From a virus (lineage: Duplodnaviria; Heunggongvirae; Uroviricota; Caudoviricetes): 35,430 nucleotides of DNA. The notes beneath the pieces were generated by a model. That model saw only the letters and a list, made by a program, of their open reading frames with translations, was not told the origin of the DNA and ran no database searches. Each line of letters begins with the position of its first letter. The stretch's first letter is position 1. Where the stretch lies: IMG/VR virus record IMGVR_UViG_2923302340_000005, positions 1 to 35,430 of that record. One strand, written 5' to 3'. Position numbers and translations under genes: made by a program. Shown here one piece after another: positions 7,986 to 17,277 of the stretch.

Positions 7986-8945
7986 ATGAAAATTTGTATC
8001 GACGACGGCTCCACCAACATCAAGCTGGCATGGACTGAGAACGGCGAACGCCGCAACGCCATCAGCCCGAACAGTTTCAAGTCGGAATGGTCTGCGCCGT
8101 TCGGTGGCACGCAGCCCGCGAACTACATGCTTGATGGCGTGCGCTATGGTTTTGATCCGGTCAGCGATCGCTTTGTCCAGACGACCGACACGCAATACCA
8201 GTACAGCGATGTGAATGTAATCGCCATTCACCACGCGCTGGTCAAATCAGGCATCACACCACAGGAAGTGGATGTGGTTGTCACCCTGCCACTGAGCGAA
8301 TATTTCGACACAAACGCACAGCCGGACATGGCCAACATCAACCGCAAAAAAGCGAACGTTATGCGCCCGGTGGAGTACCAGAACGGCAAAGCATTCACTA
8401 TCCGTAACGTACGGGTTATGCCTGAATCCATTCCGGCTGGCTTTAAAGCACTGGCTGACATGAGTCCGTTTGAATCCCTGCTGATTGTGGATTTAGGCGG
8501 AACCACGCTGGATGTGGCAAAGGTTCAGGGACAACTGGCAGGTATCAGCCAGGTGTTTTGCGATCCACACGTAGGCGTTTCCCTGATGGCCGATGCCGTA
8601 CTGTCGGTGATGGCTACTAACGGTATGCGTACCAGCCACCACATCGCCAATACCATTATCGAACATCGCCATGATGAAGCCTGGCTGCGCCAGCACATCC
8701 ACAATGACGCGCATTACGCCAGCCTGATGGCGGTTATTCGTGAAAAGGAAGAAACACTGAAACAACGCGTGATCCGCGCACTGGCGGGTTTTTCGGGTTA
8801 CGGGCGGGTGATGGTTGTCGGTGGCGGGGCGGAGATTGTGGCACCCGCTATCCGCGAAGCCTGCGGAGTTAATGCGACTTTCATCGCGGACGGGGTGCCA
8901 CAGTTTGCTCTGGTTAATGGGCTGTACGCAATGGACAAGGAGTAA
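7986..8945 (+). CDS. parM: ParM/StbA-like actin-type segregation ATPase
   Basis: 319 aa; strong resemblance to plasmid R1 ParM as recalled from memory along the whole length (IDDGSTNIKL, ISPNSFK, YSDVNVIAIHHAL, VMPESIPAG, LIVDLGGTTLD, SGY..VMVVGGGAE, LVNGLY). AAGGA RBS. Confidence 0.85.
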   Translation: MKICIDDGSTNIKLAWTENGERRNAISPNSFKSEWSAPFGGTQPANYMLDGVRYGFDPVSDRFVQTTDTQYQYSDVNVIAIHHALVKSGITPQEVDVVVTLPLSEYFDTNAQPDMANINRKKANVMRPVEYQNGKAFTIRNVRVMPESIPAGFKALADMSPFESLLIVDLGGTTLDVAKVQGQLAGISQVFCDPHVGVSLMADAVLSVMATNGMRTSHHIANTIIEHRHDEAWLRQHIHNDAHYASLMAVIREKEETLKQRVIRALAGFSGYGRVMVVGGGAEIVAPAIREACGVNATFIADGVPQFALVNGLYAMDKE

Positions 8946-8949
8946 ACCA

Positions 8950-9261
8950 ATGACGACACCAACCAGACGGATAAGTTTCTATCTGAAGCCCGCCGCCGTC
9001 AAGAACGAAAGCGAAGCATGCGCCTGGCTGGACAGCCTTACACCAGAAGCCCGCAAAAGCGGCCAACGCGTGGCTTTTCTGGCCGGGCTGGCACTTCTGA
9101 AAATGAATCCGGCAGAGGCTTACCGACTGGCTGCATGGGCTGATGGCGAGGCGTTATCAGTGACACAAACCAGGACAGAACGCCCCGTGCCACAGCCAGC
9201 ACCAACCGCACAGATAACCAGTCAGATGGCCGGAAATATCCGGGCGTTATTTCCCGAATAA
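8950..9261 (+). CDS. parR: ParR-like adaptor protein (putative)
   Basis: 103 aa directly downstream of the parM-like gene; AAGGAG 7 nt upstream; resembles R1 ParR (RRISFYLKP..., VAFLAGLAL, C-terminal LFPE). Track ORF starts further upstream inside parM. Confidence 0.65.
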   Translation: MTTPTRRISFYLKPAAVKNESEACAWLDSLTPEARKSGQRVAFLAGLALLKMNPAEAYRLAAWADGEALSVTQTRTERPVPQPAPTAQITSQMAGNIRALFPE

Positions 9262-9268
9262 CACAACG

Positions 9269-9288
9269 TCAGGGCGAGTTCGCCCTGA
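9269..9288. repeat. Perfect palindrome TCAGGGCGA-GT-TCGCCCTGA, left bracket of the Ea22-like pair
   Basis: Read directly; shares its stem sequence with the palindrome at 10474-10499 on the other side of the pair. Confidence 0.6.
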
Positions 9289-9324
9289 TCTCCACCTCAG
9301 AACATAAACAAGGAGACCGACTTA

Positions 9325-9924
9325 ATGAGCGAAATCAACTATCAGGCACTGCGTGAGTTAGCAAAACAGGCAACACAGGGCGAATGGGTCGCATTTATTT
9401 CGCCGGGCAAATACGGCACGTACGCCGTGCACACACCAGGAGATAATCATCACGGAGATATTGTCGACTGGCCTGGATTCGACGAACAGAAAAACGCAGA
9501 GAACAACGCTCGTTATATCGCAGCTTTCAACCCTGAAGTAGTGCAGGCTCTGTTGGATGAACGAGAAGCCCAAAGCAAACGCATTGCAGAGCTGGAGGCT
9601 AATTTCACGGAGCTGGCAGCGGAGAATGCCGCAATGAAGCTGTTTATCAGGGGCAGTTGCTATGTATTTGATGGAGAGCAGGATGAAATATCTGACGCGT
9701 ATATCTGCGCAACAGACGGAGGAATGCCACAAACCCCAGCCACCGACGCTTTTCTGGCTGAAGTACGGGCGCAGGGCGTGGAGATGCTGGCAAAAAATCA
9801 TCAGAGTATCGTCAATGCACTTAAGGGAGATTCTTTATTTTCTGATGATGAATACCGACATGCAGCTATTGTTTCCGCAGCTGTATATTTCGCCGCAGAG
9901 CTTCGCAAAGGAGGCAGCCAGTGA
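9325..9924 (+). CDS. Ea22/Ead-like family protein, paralog 1
   Basis: 199 aa; N-terminus MSEINYQALRELAKQA and ALLDEREAQSKRIAELE coiled-coil motif; AGGAG RBS. Confidence 0.55.
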   Translation: MSEINYQALRELAKQATQGEWVAFISPGKYGTYAVHTPGDNHHGDIVDWPGFDEQKNAENNARYIAAFNPEVVQALLDEREAQSKRIAELEANFTELAAENAAMKLFIRGSCYVFDGEQDEISDAYICATDGGMPQTPATDAFLAEVRAQGVEMLAKNHQSIVNALKGDSLFSDDEYRHAAIVSAAVYFAAELRKGGSQ

Positions 9925-10460
9925 GCAAAATTGACTATCAGGCACTACAAATGGCAGCAGAACGTGCAATTCCGGCAATGGAACGCCTGTTAATATTGCC
10001 AGTTGATGATGATTTGTTAAGCGAACAGGAACTTAAAGATTACGGTGTGGATATTGACGCGATCAACACCTTCAGAATTCTGGCTGGACCGGAAGACATG
10101 CTGGCACTGCTGGATGAACTGGAAACAGCAAAAAAACGCATCGCTGAACTGGAAAAAATCGCCACTGACTATGCACTTAAATTCCAGAAAGCACAGGACG
10201 CATTAAAGTATGCCGCTTTGCTGCATAGCAGGACGGCGCAACAAACAAATAATTTTGCAGTATCGCTTCCGGACATAAGCGAATATTTCATTAATGACGT
10301 ATTTCAGCCCTTGCGATACGAGCGGGATGTTGAAAGAGCCATCATAAAGGCTGGCGGAAAAGCATTGTGGCAGGAGAAGCACGAGGAAAGAACGCATCAG
10401 CTAAGTGATGTAAATAGTGGATGGTTATGCCCACTGACAGAAGGTAAAAAGAACACCTGA
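9921..10460 (+). CDS. Ea22/Ead-like family protein, paralog 2
   Basis: 179 aa; GTG start overlapping the upstream stop (GTGA), AAGGAGG RBS; N-terminus MSKIDYQALQ and ALLDELETAKKRIAELE; divergent C-terminus. Confidence 0.55.
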   Translation: MSKIDYQALQMAAERAIPAMERLLILPVDDDLLSEQELKDYGVDIDAINTFRILAGPEDMLALLDELETAKKRIAELEKIATDYALKFQKAQDALKYAALLHSRTAQQTNNFAVSLPDISEYFINDVFQPLRYERDVERAIIKAGGKALWQEKHEERTHQLSDVNSGWLCPLTEGKKNT

Positions 10461-11026
10461 TTTCCTCTCAAACCAGGGCGATAATCGCGCATCGCCCTGC
10501 TGCACAATAGTGCACAAATTTGCACAATTTTTTTGAACGACTTTTTGCCCTTCCAGCCCGCGTGGCGGCTGGATCCGTCAAGGATCCGTGCGTGCACAAA
10601 AAAACGCGTTTTTTCTGCGCGCAGGTGACGGGGGAACAGCCCGCGCTTCAGGGGGTAAATAGCATTCCCTGAACGATGTCGCAGAGACACAACAGAATGG
10701 CCATATTTCTCACGCTGAGCATGAAAAAGGCGTGAGGGCTTTTGATTTGATGGGGTGAAAGGTAAGGCCGTCAAAATCGCACTGAGGCAGCGAGGACATA
10801 CAGTCAACGTGGTGGGATTGCGTAAGAGTCTGACCGTCGATGGTGGCGATAAACTGGAAGGCGTCGTGAAATTATCTGATTGATACAGGAGCTGGAGAGC
10901 CGGGGCATAAATTTTTTATGCCCCGGCGAAGCAGCAGACAAGCGAAGCGCGTCAGTGATGCGGCACCTTGCCGACCACACTTCATAAGTGCAAAATACGA
11001 GCAAAGAAATCAATGGAGGCTGTTTT
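10461..11026. other. Structured noncoding region; candidate cos packaging site
   Basis: No credible ORF on either strand. Contains palindrome CAGGGCGAT / ATCGCCCTG (10474-10499), TGCACAA three times at exact 10-bp spacing (10501-10527) plus a fourth at 10593, palindromes AAAAAACGCGTTTTTT (10599-10614) and CTGCGCGCAG (10615-10624), a GACGGGGGAA segment (10627-10636) reminiscent of the P2/186 cohesive-end sequence, and a 12-bp perfect stem CCGGGGCATAAA / TTTATGCCCCGG (10900-10926). Confidence 0.4.
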
Positions 11027-11551
11027 ATGGTCATTAATTACAAGCAGTTACGAGAAAAACGAGATCAGGTAAAGGAGAGTTTTCGCCGCAATGAAGACCT
11101 GACCCCACTTGTACGAATTGCCCAGGGAATTGTTGATGCTTATGAAATCTCTCTGGAGCTGCCATCACAGACATGGACGGATAGCGACGGTAATCGCCAG
11201 CATTACGTTTCATGCGGACTGGAAACAACTGAAGGGTTTCGCAGAATGCCTTTATCTCAGATCCCTGCCGCTACCCCCAAAGCAAGGGGCGGCAATGATG
11301 AGCGAAAACTGATTTTCAGCATTGAGACAGTGGTTGACGACACACCTGGCGAAGTCGCCTTCGTGCATACTCCTGTTTCGATCGCAATGTATAACGATGA
11401 AATACAGGTTCGCGTTAATAATAATATCGTGCCACTTAAAGAAGGTAATTCACCATACACCACCGTTTGTGAAGCCATTCAATATTACGTTCTCTCTGAA
11501 ATTGATAATCTCAAGCCTGACGGCACCCAGAAAATGGTTCAACTCTGGTAA
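11027..11551 (+). CDS. Hypothetical accessory protein
   Basis: 174 aa from ATG 11027 with GGAGG 7 nt upstream; no recognisable family; convergent with portal Q. Track ORF starts at GTG 10988. Confidence 0.55.
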   Translation: MVINYKQLREKRDQVKESFRRNEDLTPLVRIAQGIVDAYEISLELPSQTWTDSDGNRQHYVSCGLETTEGFRRMPLSQIPAATPKARGGNDERKLIFSIETVVDDTPGEVAFVHTPVSIAMYNDEIQVRVNNNIVPLKEGNSPYTTVCEAIQYYVLSEIDNLKPDGTQKMVQLW

Positions 11552-11556
11552 AAAGG

Positions 11557-11583
11557 ACAGCCCCAATCACGGGGCTGTTTTTT
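11557..11583. terminator. Hairpin plus T-run between the convergent accessory gene and Q
   Basis: ACAGCCCC-AATCAC-GGGGCTGT followed by TTTTTT on the plus strand; the Q stop codon lies in the loop. Confidence 0.55.
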
Positions 11584-12613
11584 CATCAAGAAGAGCATAA
11601 GAATTAAAACGGATCACCTCTTCGCCAAGCCAGTCATTGATGTGCTTCATGGCCTCCATAACGGGCATCAGCTCGTTAATTGCATAAACCCGCGCGGCCT
11701 TCTCCACATCACCAAACGCACTTTTTTCGCCCGGCATCGCCCCCATCAGTTGCGGTGGAACACGGTGCGCAGCCAGCACATCATCACGGGATGCCGCCTT
11801 AACATTCATGAACTCATCTTTTGCGGTGATCTGCTGGAACGGCAAAATTTGCACCCCCTCTTTCCCCCCGTTGGGCGCATGGATGAGCACGTTTTTAAAC
11901 GCACCACCACCACGCGCACCCTGTAACGTTTCTTTCAGGGAGTCCATGCTTTCGCGGTTTACCTGCGCTGCACCGATATAGATGATGCACCCGGCGTGGG
12001 ATCCATTGTCGTAATACAGTTTTCTGAACATGTCCGCCGAATGAGACAGGCTGGCCGAGAGTAATGCGCCAAGATATTCCGGCATGCCGTAAATTTCCTG
12101 GTTAATGTCCGGATTCATCAGGTGGCACACTTTGCCAGGGCGAAACTGAAACGCATCCTTGCCATCCTGCACATACCACCATGATTCAAGATCGCTTCCG
12201 CGTCGCATGTATTTCGCCAGGGCGTGCCGTAATTTAAGCGGTTCGCCGAGCATATTGCTTCGAAGCTCAAGAAATGCGTTACCGAACACAAACCAGTCCA
12301 GCGCCAGCGCCGAGAAATCCTGCCGGGAAAGCAGCGGGTGCGGAATATAGCAACCGAGCAATACATTGCGCTTAAAGTAAAGCGCAGACTGATGCCAGGA
12401 CGTTTGCCGGGCAGCTCTTGCCAGACCGTACCAGTCCACCGGGGTTTCATACCACCGCCCGTTATCAGCACAGTACATATTGTCCAGCAAATCATGCCCG
12501 GTCAGGCGATAAGGACCATCAAATGTGAATGCACTGAGCGACGATTCTTTCCTGAGCGCATCAGCGAGATCAATGCGTGAACTCATGCGCACTTTTTTAT
12601 TTTTTCTGCTCAT
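11567..12613 (-). CDS. Q: Portal protein, P2 gpQ-like
   Basis: 348 aa; size, position and leftward orientation with P as in P2; start overlaps the P stop by 1 nt. Confidence 0.85.
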   Translation of the reverse strand: MSRKNKKVRMSSRIDLADALRKESSLSAFTFDGPYRLTGHDLLDNMYCADNGRWYETPVDWYGLARAARQTSWHQSALYFKRNVLLGCYIPHPLLSRQDFSALALDWFVFGNAFLELRSNMLGEPLKLRHALAKYMRRGSDLESWWYVQDGKDAFQFRPGKVCHLMNPDINQEIYGMPEYLGALLSASLSHSADMFRKLYYDNGSHAGCIIYIGAAQVNRESMDSLKETLQGARGGGAFKNVLIHAPNGGKEGVQILPFQQITAKDEFMNVKAASRDDVLAAHRVPPQLMGAMPGEKSAFGDVEKAARVYAINELMPVMEAMKHINDWLGEEVIRFNSYALLDEKTAP

Positions 12614-14364
12614 CAGAACTCCATAACCGTAAAACGCTCGTTTTCCCCTTCGCCGCCAATTGGTTCGTTAATGACAGCAAGCATGGTTGCCCACGCAAGG
12701 TCGCCGTGGCTGATCCCCCTCGCACGGTCCGTTTCGTAAGTGATAAAGCCGCCCGGTGTTTTCACCTTACGCACGGCGTTAAAGGCCGCGACCAGCTCGC
12801 GTTCGGCGCGATCGTATTCCCACCGCCCGGCACGCATTATTTGCAGCATTTTCAGTACCAGCGACCGTTTTGATGACAGCGTGAAGGTGTACGGAATAGC
12901 AGCAGGGAAAAACCGTTTCACTATCTGATAAACAGCCTCCCCGTTCCCGCCCGTCACATCAATGCCGATGTGTTCCACGTTGTAGCGACACGTGAACTCT
13001 TCAATGACTCTGGCCTGTTCTTCAAACTCCAGCCCCTGAACGCGTCGCGTCTCCACCGTTCGAAAACGGCCACCAGGAACAGCCGGAGGAACCACCACGG
13101 ACACAGCGCCGCTGTCGCCGTTGCCACTGCTGCCGTTTGCGTCATACCCAATCCATACCGGACGATTCCCCATCGGGCGGGGAGCAAAAGGTTTCCAGTC
13201 TTTCCAGTCGTCGTATCCGTCAACACCGCAGCCAATCAGGATATTCAGGTTAAATGCCGATTCCCCTTCGCGGACAAACTCACACATATAGAGATTGCGG
13301 AACTCGTCTTCGGTGTTTTCATCACGAATTTCGTCAATATCGGTGTGTTTCCAGCCGTGATTAACCACATCTTCCAGCGTGACAATTTGCCGCCACGTCC
13401 GGTCAGGGCAGATAAGCCCGTTATGCAGCGTTTTCCAGTCCACAGAAAAACGCTGGCGTTTATGCGTGGCCTTTTTCTCGTTCCAGCGGTCGCCGTTCCA
13501 GTAGGCGTATGCCTCGTGCGTTTCGGTGGATGGCGTGGAGAAGTAGGTGCGCCGCAGTCCGCTGAGGGTTGCCATAGCGCCAGCCACCTTGCGCAGTTCA
13601 GCAAAGCGACTGACCCAGAAAAATTCATCAAAATAAAAATTGCCCGTATAGGACTGTGCCGACGCAGCAGAAGTGCCGAGAAAATGCAGCTCTGCGCCGT
13701 TGGAGAGGATGATTTTATCGCCCCCTTTCAGCTCCACATCAACTTCAGCCGCGGCCTTCTGAATAATGCTTTTGAACTGGAACGCCTGACGACGCGACGC
13801 AGACAAAAAAATCTGGTTACGCTGGTAAGGTTGCGCCACATCGTCACGCAGCGCCATCATCAGAGCTTCCTGTGCAAAATACCAGGTCGCCCCAATCTGT
13901 CGGGATTTCAGGATCATCCTGTTACGTATCCCGGCTTCCTTGCAAAGTGTCAGGGAGTCAAACCAGCCCCGCTGATGCCACTCCAGCCTGCTGATGATTT
14001 TTTCCCGCAGTGCGACAATCTGTTCCGGCGTGAAATGATTTTTGAGTTTTTTCGCCCGGCCTTTCTTTCCTGCGGCCATCACATCCGGCTGGCCATCATG
14101 CAGCTTTTTAAGCTGCCGGGTCAGTAGGTCTATTTCCTTAAAGTCACCGCCTGTTTTATTCTGTTTTTCAGTAAGCTGGATGAGGCGCGCATCGATGGAC
14201 TGCGTGACACGCTGCACGGGTGGCGTTTCATCCCACTGGTCGCGTTTTTTCCACGCATAAACCGTGTTCGGGTTTATTCCCATCAGACGTGATATTTCTG
14301 CGGGCGGATAACCCTGCCAGTAAAGTTGCCGCGCACGCTGGCGCACAAAAGCGTCCTGAATCAT
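12613..14364 (-). CDS. P: Terminase large (ATPase) subunit, P2 gpP-like
   Basis: 583 aa, same size as P2 gpP; forms the leftward P-Q operon. Confidence 0.85.
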   Translation of the reverse strand: MIQDAFVRQRARQLYWQGYPPAEISRLMGINPNTVYAWKKRDQWDETPPVQRVTQSIDARLIQLTEKQNKTGGDFKEIDLLTRQLKKLHDGQPDVMAAGKKGRAKKLKNHFTPEQIVALREKIISRLEWHQRGWFDSLTLCKEAGIRNRMILKSRQIGATWYFAQEALMMALRDDVAQPYQRNQIFLSASRRQAFQFKSIIQKAAAEVDVELKGGDKIILSNGAELHFLGTSAASAQSYTGNFYFDEFFWVSRFAELRKVAGAMATLSGLRRTYFSTPSTETHEAYAYWNGDRWNEKKATHKRQRFSVDWKTLHNGLICPDRTWRQIVTLEDVVNHGWKHTDIDEIRDENTEDEFRNLYMCEFVREGESAFNLNILIGCGVDGYDDWKDWKPFAPRPMGNRPVWIGYDANGSSGNGDSGAVSVVVPPAVPGGRFRTVETRRVQGLEFEEQARVIEEFTCRYNVEHIGIDVTGGNGEAVYQIVKRFFPAAIPYTFTLSSKRSLVLKMLQIMRAGRWEYDRAERELVAAFNAVRKVKTPGGFITYETDRARGISHGDLAWATMLAVINEPIGGEGENERFTVMEF

Positions 14365-14518
14365 TGCTCCCCCTGAGTAATTACAGGAAGATTACCCGCG
14401 CGCGAAACCGTTCTCCTTAACCCCCTGTTCTGGCCGTTTTCTTACAACAAAAGCCCTTTGTATCAGCCTGTTACGCTTTGCCATCATGACTGAAGAACCA
14501 GTCAGAGGGGCAAAAACT

Positions 14519-15355
14519 ATGGCTAATGAAAAAAAGACATCCCGCAAAAAGTTTCGCGTGGCTGTCTCCGGATCAACTGTTGATGGCCGCGAAATCAGCC
14601 CGGTACATCTGCGTGAAGCCGCCGAGAACTTCAACCCGGATGTTTACGCTGCCCGCGTGAACGTTGAGCACTATCTCTCGCCATGCCCGTCAAGCGAATT
14701 TTCCGCAATGGGCGATGTCACCGCGCTGAGTACGGAAGATATTACGGAAGGCCCGCTGGCCGGACGTACTGCGCTGTATGCAGAAATCGAACCGACCGAG
14801 CGCATGAAGCAGCTTGTCGCTGACGGCAAGAAAATCTATTCCAGTATCGAACTGCACCCGCAGTTCTCCGTTAACGGGCGCGCCTATCTGGTCGGGCTGG
14901 CGATGACCGACACCCCGGCAAGCCTGGGCACTGAGCGCCTGAAATTCACGGCACAGCAACGTCAGGCGGTAATGACGTTCAACAGTGTCCAGGGTGAAGC
15001 GCCGCTTATCTCCGAAGCCATCGAGTCTGAAATCATCGAAATGGCAGAACAACGCCAGGAAGAAGGCATCCAGTGGTTTAACCGCGTAATGGGAATTATT
15101 GGCCGTGGCCGCAAAGCGGATGACGCCAGTTTTTCCCGTATTCAGGAAGCGGTGGAAGGCGTCGCAACGTCACAGGCCGACATTATCGACCGTTTTAATG
15201 TGCTGGAAACCCGCCATCAGCAGGACCGCCAGAAAATTACGTCACTGACCACAGAGCTGACAGCACTGAAGGAAAAACTGCGCACGCAGGACGGCGATCC
15301 GCAGAACCGGTTCACCGCAACGGGCGCAGCCTCCGACCAGCTGGCTGACTTCTGA
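14519..15355 (+). CDS. O: Capsid scaffolding protein, P2 gpO-like
   Basis: Start ATG 14519 with AGAGGGG RBS (track ORF starts at 14486); similar to P2 gpO (FR..V.G.T.DGR.IS, IEP...........YLVGLA.TD.PASLGTE). Confidence 0.85.
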   Translation: MANEKKTSRKKFRVAVSGSTVDGREISPVHLREAAENFNPDVYAARVNVEHYLSPCPSSEFSAMGDVTALSTEDITEGPLAGRTALYAEIEPTERMKQLVADGKKIYSSIELHPQFSVNGRAYLVGLAMTDTPASLGTERLKFTAQQRQAVMTFNSVQGEAPLISEAIESEIIEMAEQRQEEGIQWFNRVMGIIGRGRKADDASFSRIQEAVEGVATSQADIIDRFNVLETRHQQDRQKITSLTTELTALKEKLRTQDGDPQNRFTATGAASDQLADF

Positions 15356-15378
15356 TAAGACAAAGGAGCAAATTTTTT

Positions 15379-16431
15379 ATGAATCTGGTGATGTCAGATA
15401 TTACCCGCAACAAGCTGGGTTGCTATATGGCGCAGCAGGCGTCGCTTAACAATATCCCGGTTTCCGCACTGGTATCGCGATTTACCGTGGAACCCTCGGT
15501 ACAGCAGCGTTTTGAAAACGCCTCAAAGGAAAGCACCGAATTTACAAAAAGAATTAACGTGATCGGCGTGACCGACCAGAAAGGCGAAAAAATCCTCCTG
15601 GATACCACCGGGCCGATTGCGCGCACGAATACCAGTTATGACGGCACAAAACGCCGTAACCCGAATAATGTGGTTGATCTGAAAAACCGCAAATACCAGT
15701 GCGAACAGGTGAACTACGACACGTTTATTTCATATCCGCAGCTTGATGCCTGGGCGGCACACCCTGATTTTCAGTCCCGCATCAGCGCACAGATTGCCCG
15801 ACAGGTGGCACTTGACCGCATCATGATCGGTTTCAACGGCACGTCTCACGCGGATGAGTCCAACTTCAGCACCAACAAGTTGCTTCAGGACGTTAACGTG
15901 GGGTGGCTGGAGCACATCAGAACCGACGCCAGCGAACGCGTTATGAATGACGTGACGCTGACCTCCCGTAACATGGACAACACCGTGGCGCACGCGGGTA
16001 AGTATGCGAACGCTGATGCACTGGTACAGGACGCGCGCTCATCCCTGCTGGATGAATGGCACAAGGAAGCTGACGACCTCGTGGTGATTATGGGGCGCAA
16101 CCTGTTTAACTCGCTGCGTCTGCCCGTGCTGAACAGCATCAGCGGCCAGAATCCTAATGCGGAATTACTCGCCGGGCAGCTCATTCTGTCATCGCGCACC
16201 ATTGGCGGGCTGGGCGTGTTCCTTGCGCCGTTCTTCCCGGATTCAACGATGCTGATCACCTCGTTCAACAACCTGTCGATTTACTGGCAGAAAGGTTCAA
16301 TGCGTCGTCTGATGAAAGACGAACCGGAATACAACCGCATCGCCACCTACCAGTCCATCAATGACGCTTATGTCGTTGAAGACTATGGCAAGTGCGCGAT
16401 GGTCACTGACCTGAAGTTCGCCGACAGCTAA
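15379..16431 (+). CDS. N: Major capsid protein, P2 gpN-like
   Basis: 350 aa; conserved blocks shared with P2 gpN (FTVEPSV, KGEKI, IGFNG, LQDVNVGWL, DALVQDA, LVVIMGR, LSIY, DYVVEDY); AAGGAG RBS. Confidence 0.9.
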   Translation: MNLVMSDITRNKLGCYMAQQASLNNIPVSALVSRFTVEPSVQQRFENASKESTEFTKRINVIGVTDQKGEKILLDTTGPIARTNTSYDGTKRRNPNNVVDLKNRKYQCEQVNYDTFISYPQLDAWAAHPDFQSRISAQIARQVALDRIMIGFNGTSHADESNFSTNKLLQDVNVGWLEHIRTDASERVMNDVTLTSRNMDNTVAHAGKYANADALVQDARSSLLDEWHKEADDLVVIMGRNLFNSLRLPVLNSISGQNPNAELLAGQLILSSRTIGGLGVFLAPFFPDSTMLITSFNNLSIYWQKGSMRRLMKDEPEYNRIATYQSINDAYVVEDYGKCAMVTDLKFADS

Positions 16432-16476
16432 TCAACTCACGGCGGGCATCATGCCCGCCTGTAACGGAGAGAAAAA

Positions 16477-17277
16477 ATGATTACTCCTGCACAGCAACAC
16501 TGGCAGAACGTGATGGCACAGCGCGCAGGCCGGGCGAATGAAGGCGTGGACCATGCCGCGCGTACCGCGCATGAAGAGGTGCTGTATCGTCTGCGTCTGG
16601 CACAGGCCCGGCTTAAGGGCGTACAGGCCAGAAGCGCGAAAGCCGCCATCAAAAAAGAGTTGTTGCCGGATTTTTCCGGCTGGATTGAGGGAACGCTGGA
16701 GGCTGACGGCGGGCAGCAGGATGAAGTGATTGCCACGCTGATGGTGTGGGCGATTGACTGTGGCGATCTTCCGCTTGCGCTGCGTATCGGCGCGTATGTG
16801 GTCCATCACAACCTCATCATGCCGGATAACTTTGGCCGTACTGCTGCCACGGTACTGACCGAAGAAATCTGTAATCCGGTACTGACGCAGGCCGGGACGG
16901 ATGCCGACGCGGATTTGTCCGCCTTTATCGAACCACTGGACACCCTCCGGGAGATTGTCACCGACCAGGACATGCCGGACGAAGTGCGCGCCAAATTATG
17001 CAAAGCGTGCGCCTTTGCCCGCCGTGGCCTGACCGATGCGGACAGCATGGCCTCATCACTGAAGCTGCTGCGCGAAGCGATGCACCTGAACCCGAACGCA
17101 GGTGTGAAACGCGAGATTGCAACCCTTTCCCGCGCCCTGAAAAAAGCCGATTCCGCAGCCGCACCAGAAGATGCCAGCACACCGCAGGCGCAGGACGAAA
17201 GCAGCAAAAGTAAAAAGACAACGCGGAAGCCTGCAACACGAAAAACCACCGCGACGCAGAAGGCGAAGCGCGGTTAA
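16477..17277 (+). CDS. M: Terminase small (endonuclease) subunit, P2 gpM-like
   Basis: 266 aa; matches P2 gpM (KKELLP, MPDEVRAKL, AGVKREI) with basic C-terminal tail. Confidence 0.85.
   Translation: MITPAQQHWQNVMAQRAGRANEGVDHAARTAHEEVLYRLRLAQARLKGVQARSAKAAIKKELLPDFSGWIEGTLEADGGQQDEVIATLMVWAIDCGDLPLALRIGAYVVHHNLIMPDNFGRTAATVLTEEICNPVLTQAGTDADADLSAFIEPLDTLREIVTDQDMPDEVRAKLCKACAFARRGLTDADSMASSLKLLREAMHLNPNAGVKREIATLSRALKKADSAAAPEDASTPQAQDESSKSKKTTRKPATRKTTATQKAKRG

Noticed and set aside
10461-11026. Retron ncRNA or type III toxin-antitoxin RNA in the structured noncoding region
   Set aside because: No reverse transcriptase gene nearby and no tandem roughly 36-nt repeats; the downstream 174-aa protein does not resemble ToxN/AbiQ by eye. 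A cos or regulatory role fits better.
12970-14127. 385-aa plus-strand ORF opposite the terminase large subunit gene
   Set aside because: Antisense shadow of a gene with clear P2 gpP identity; no RBS.
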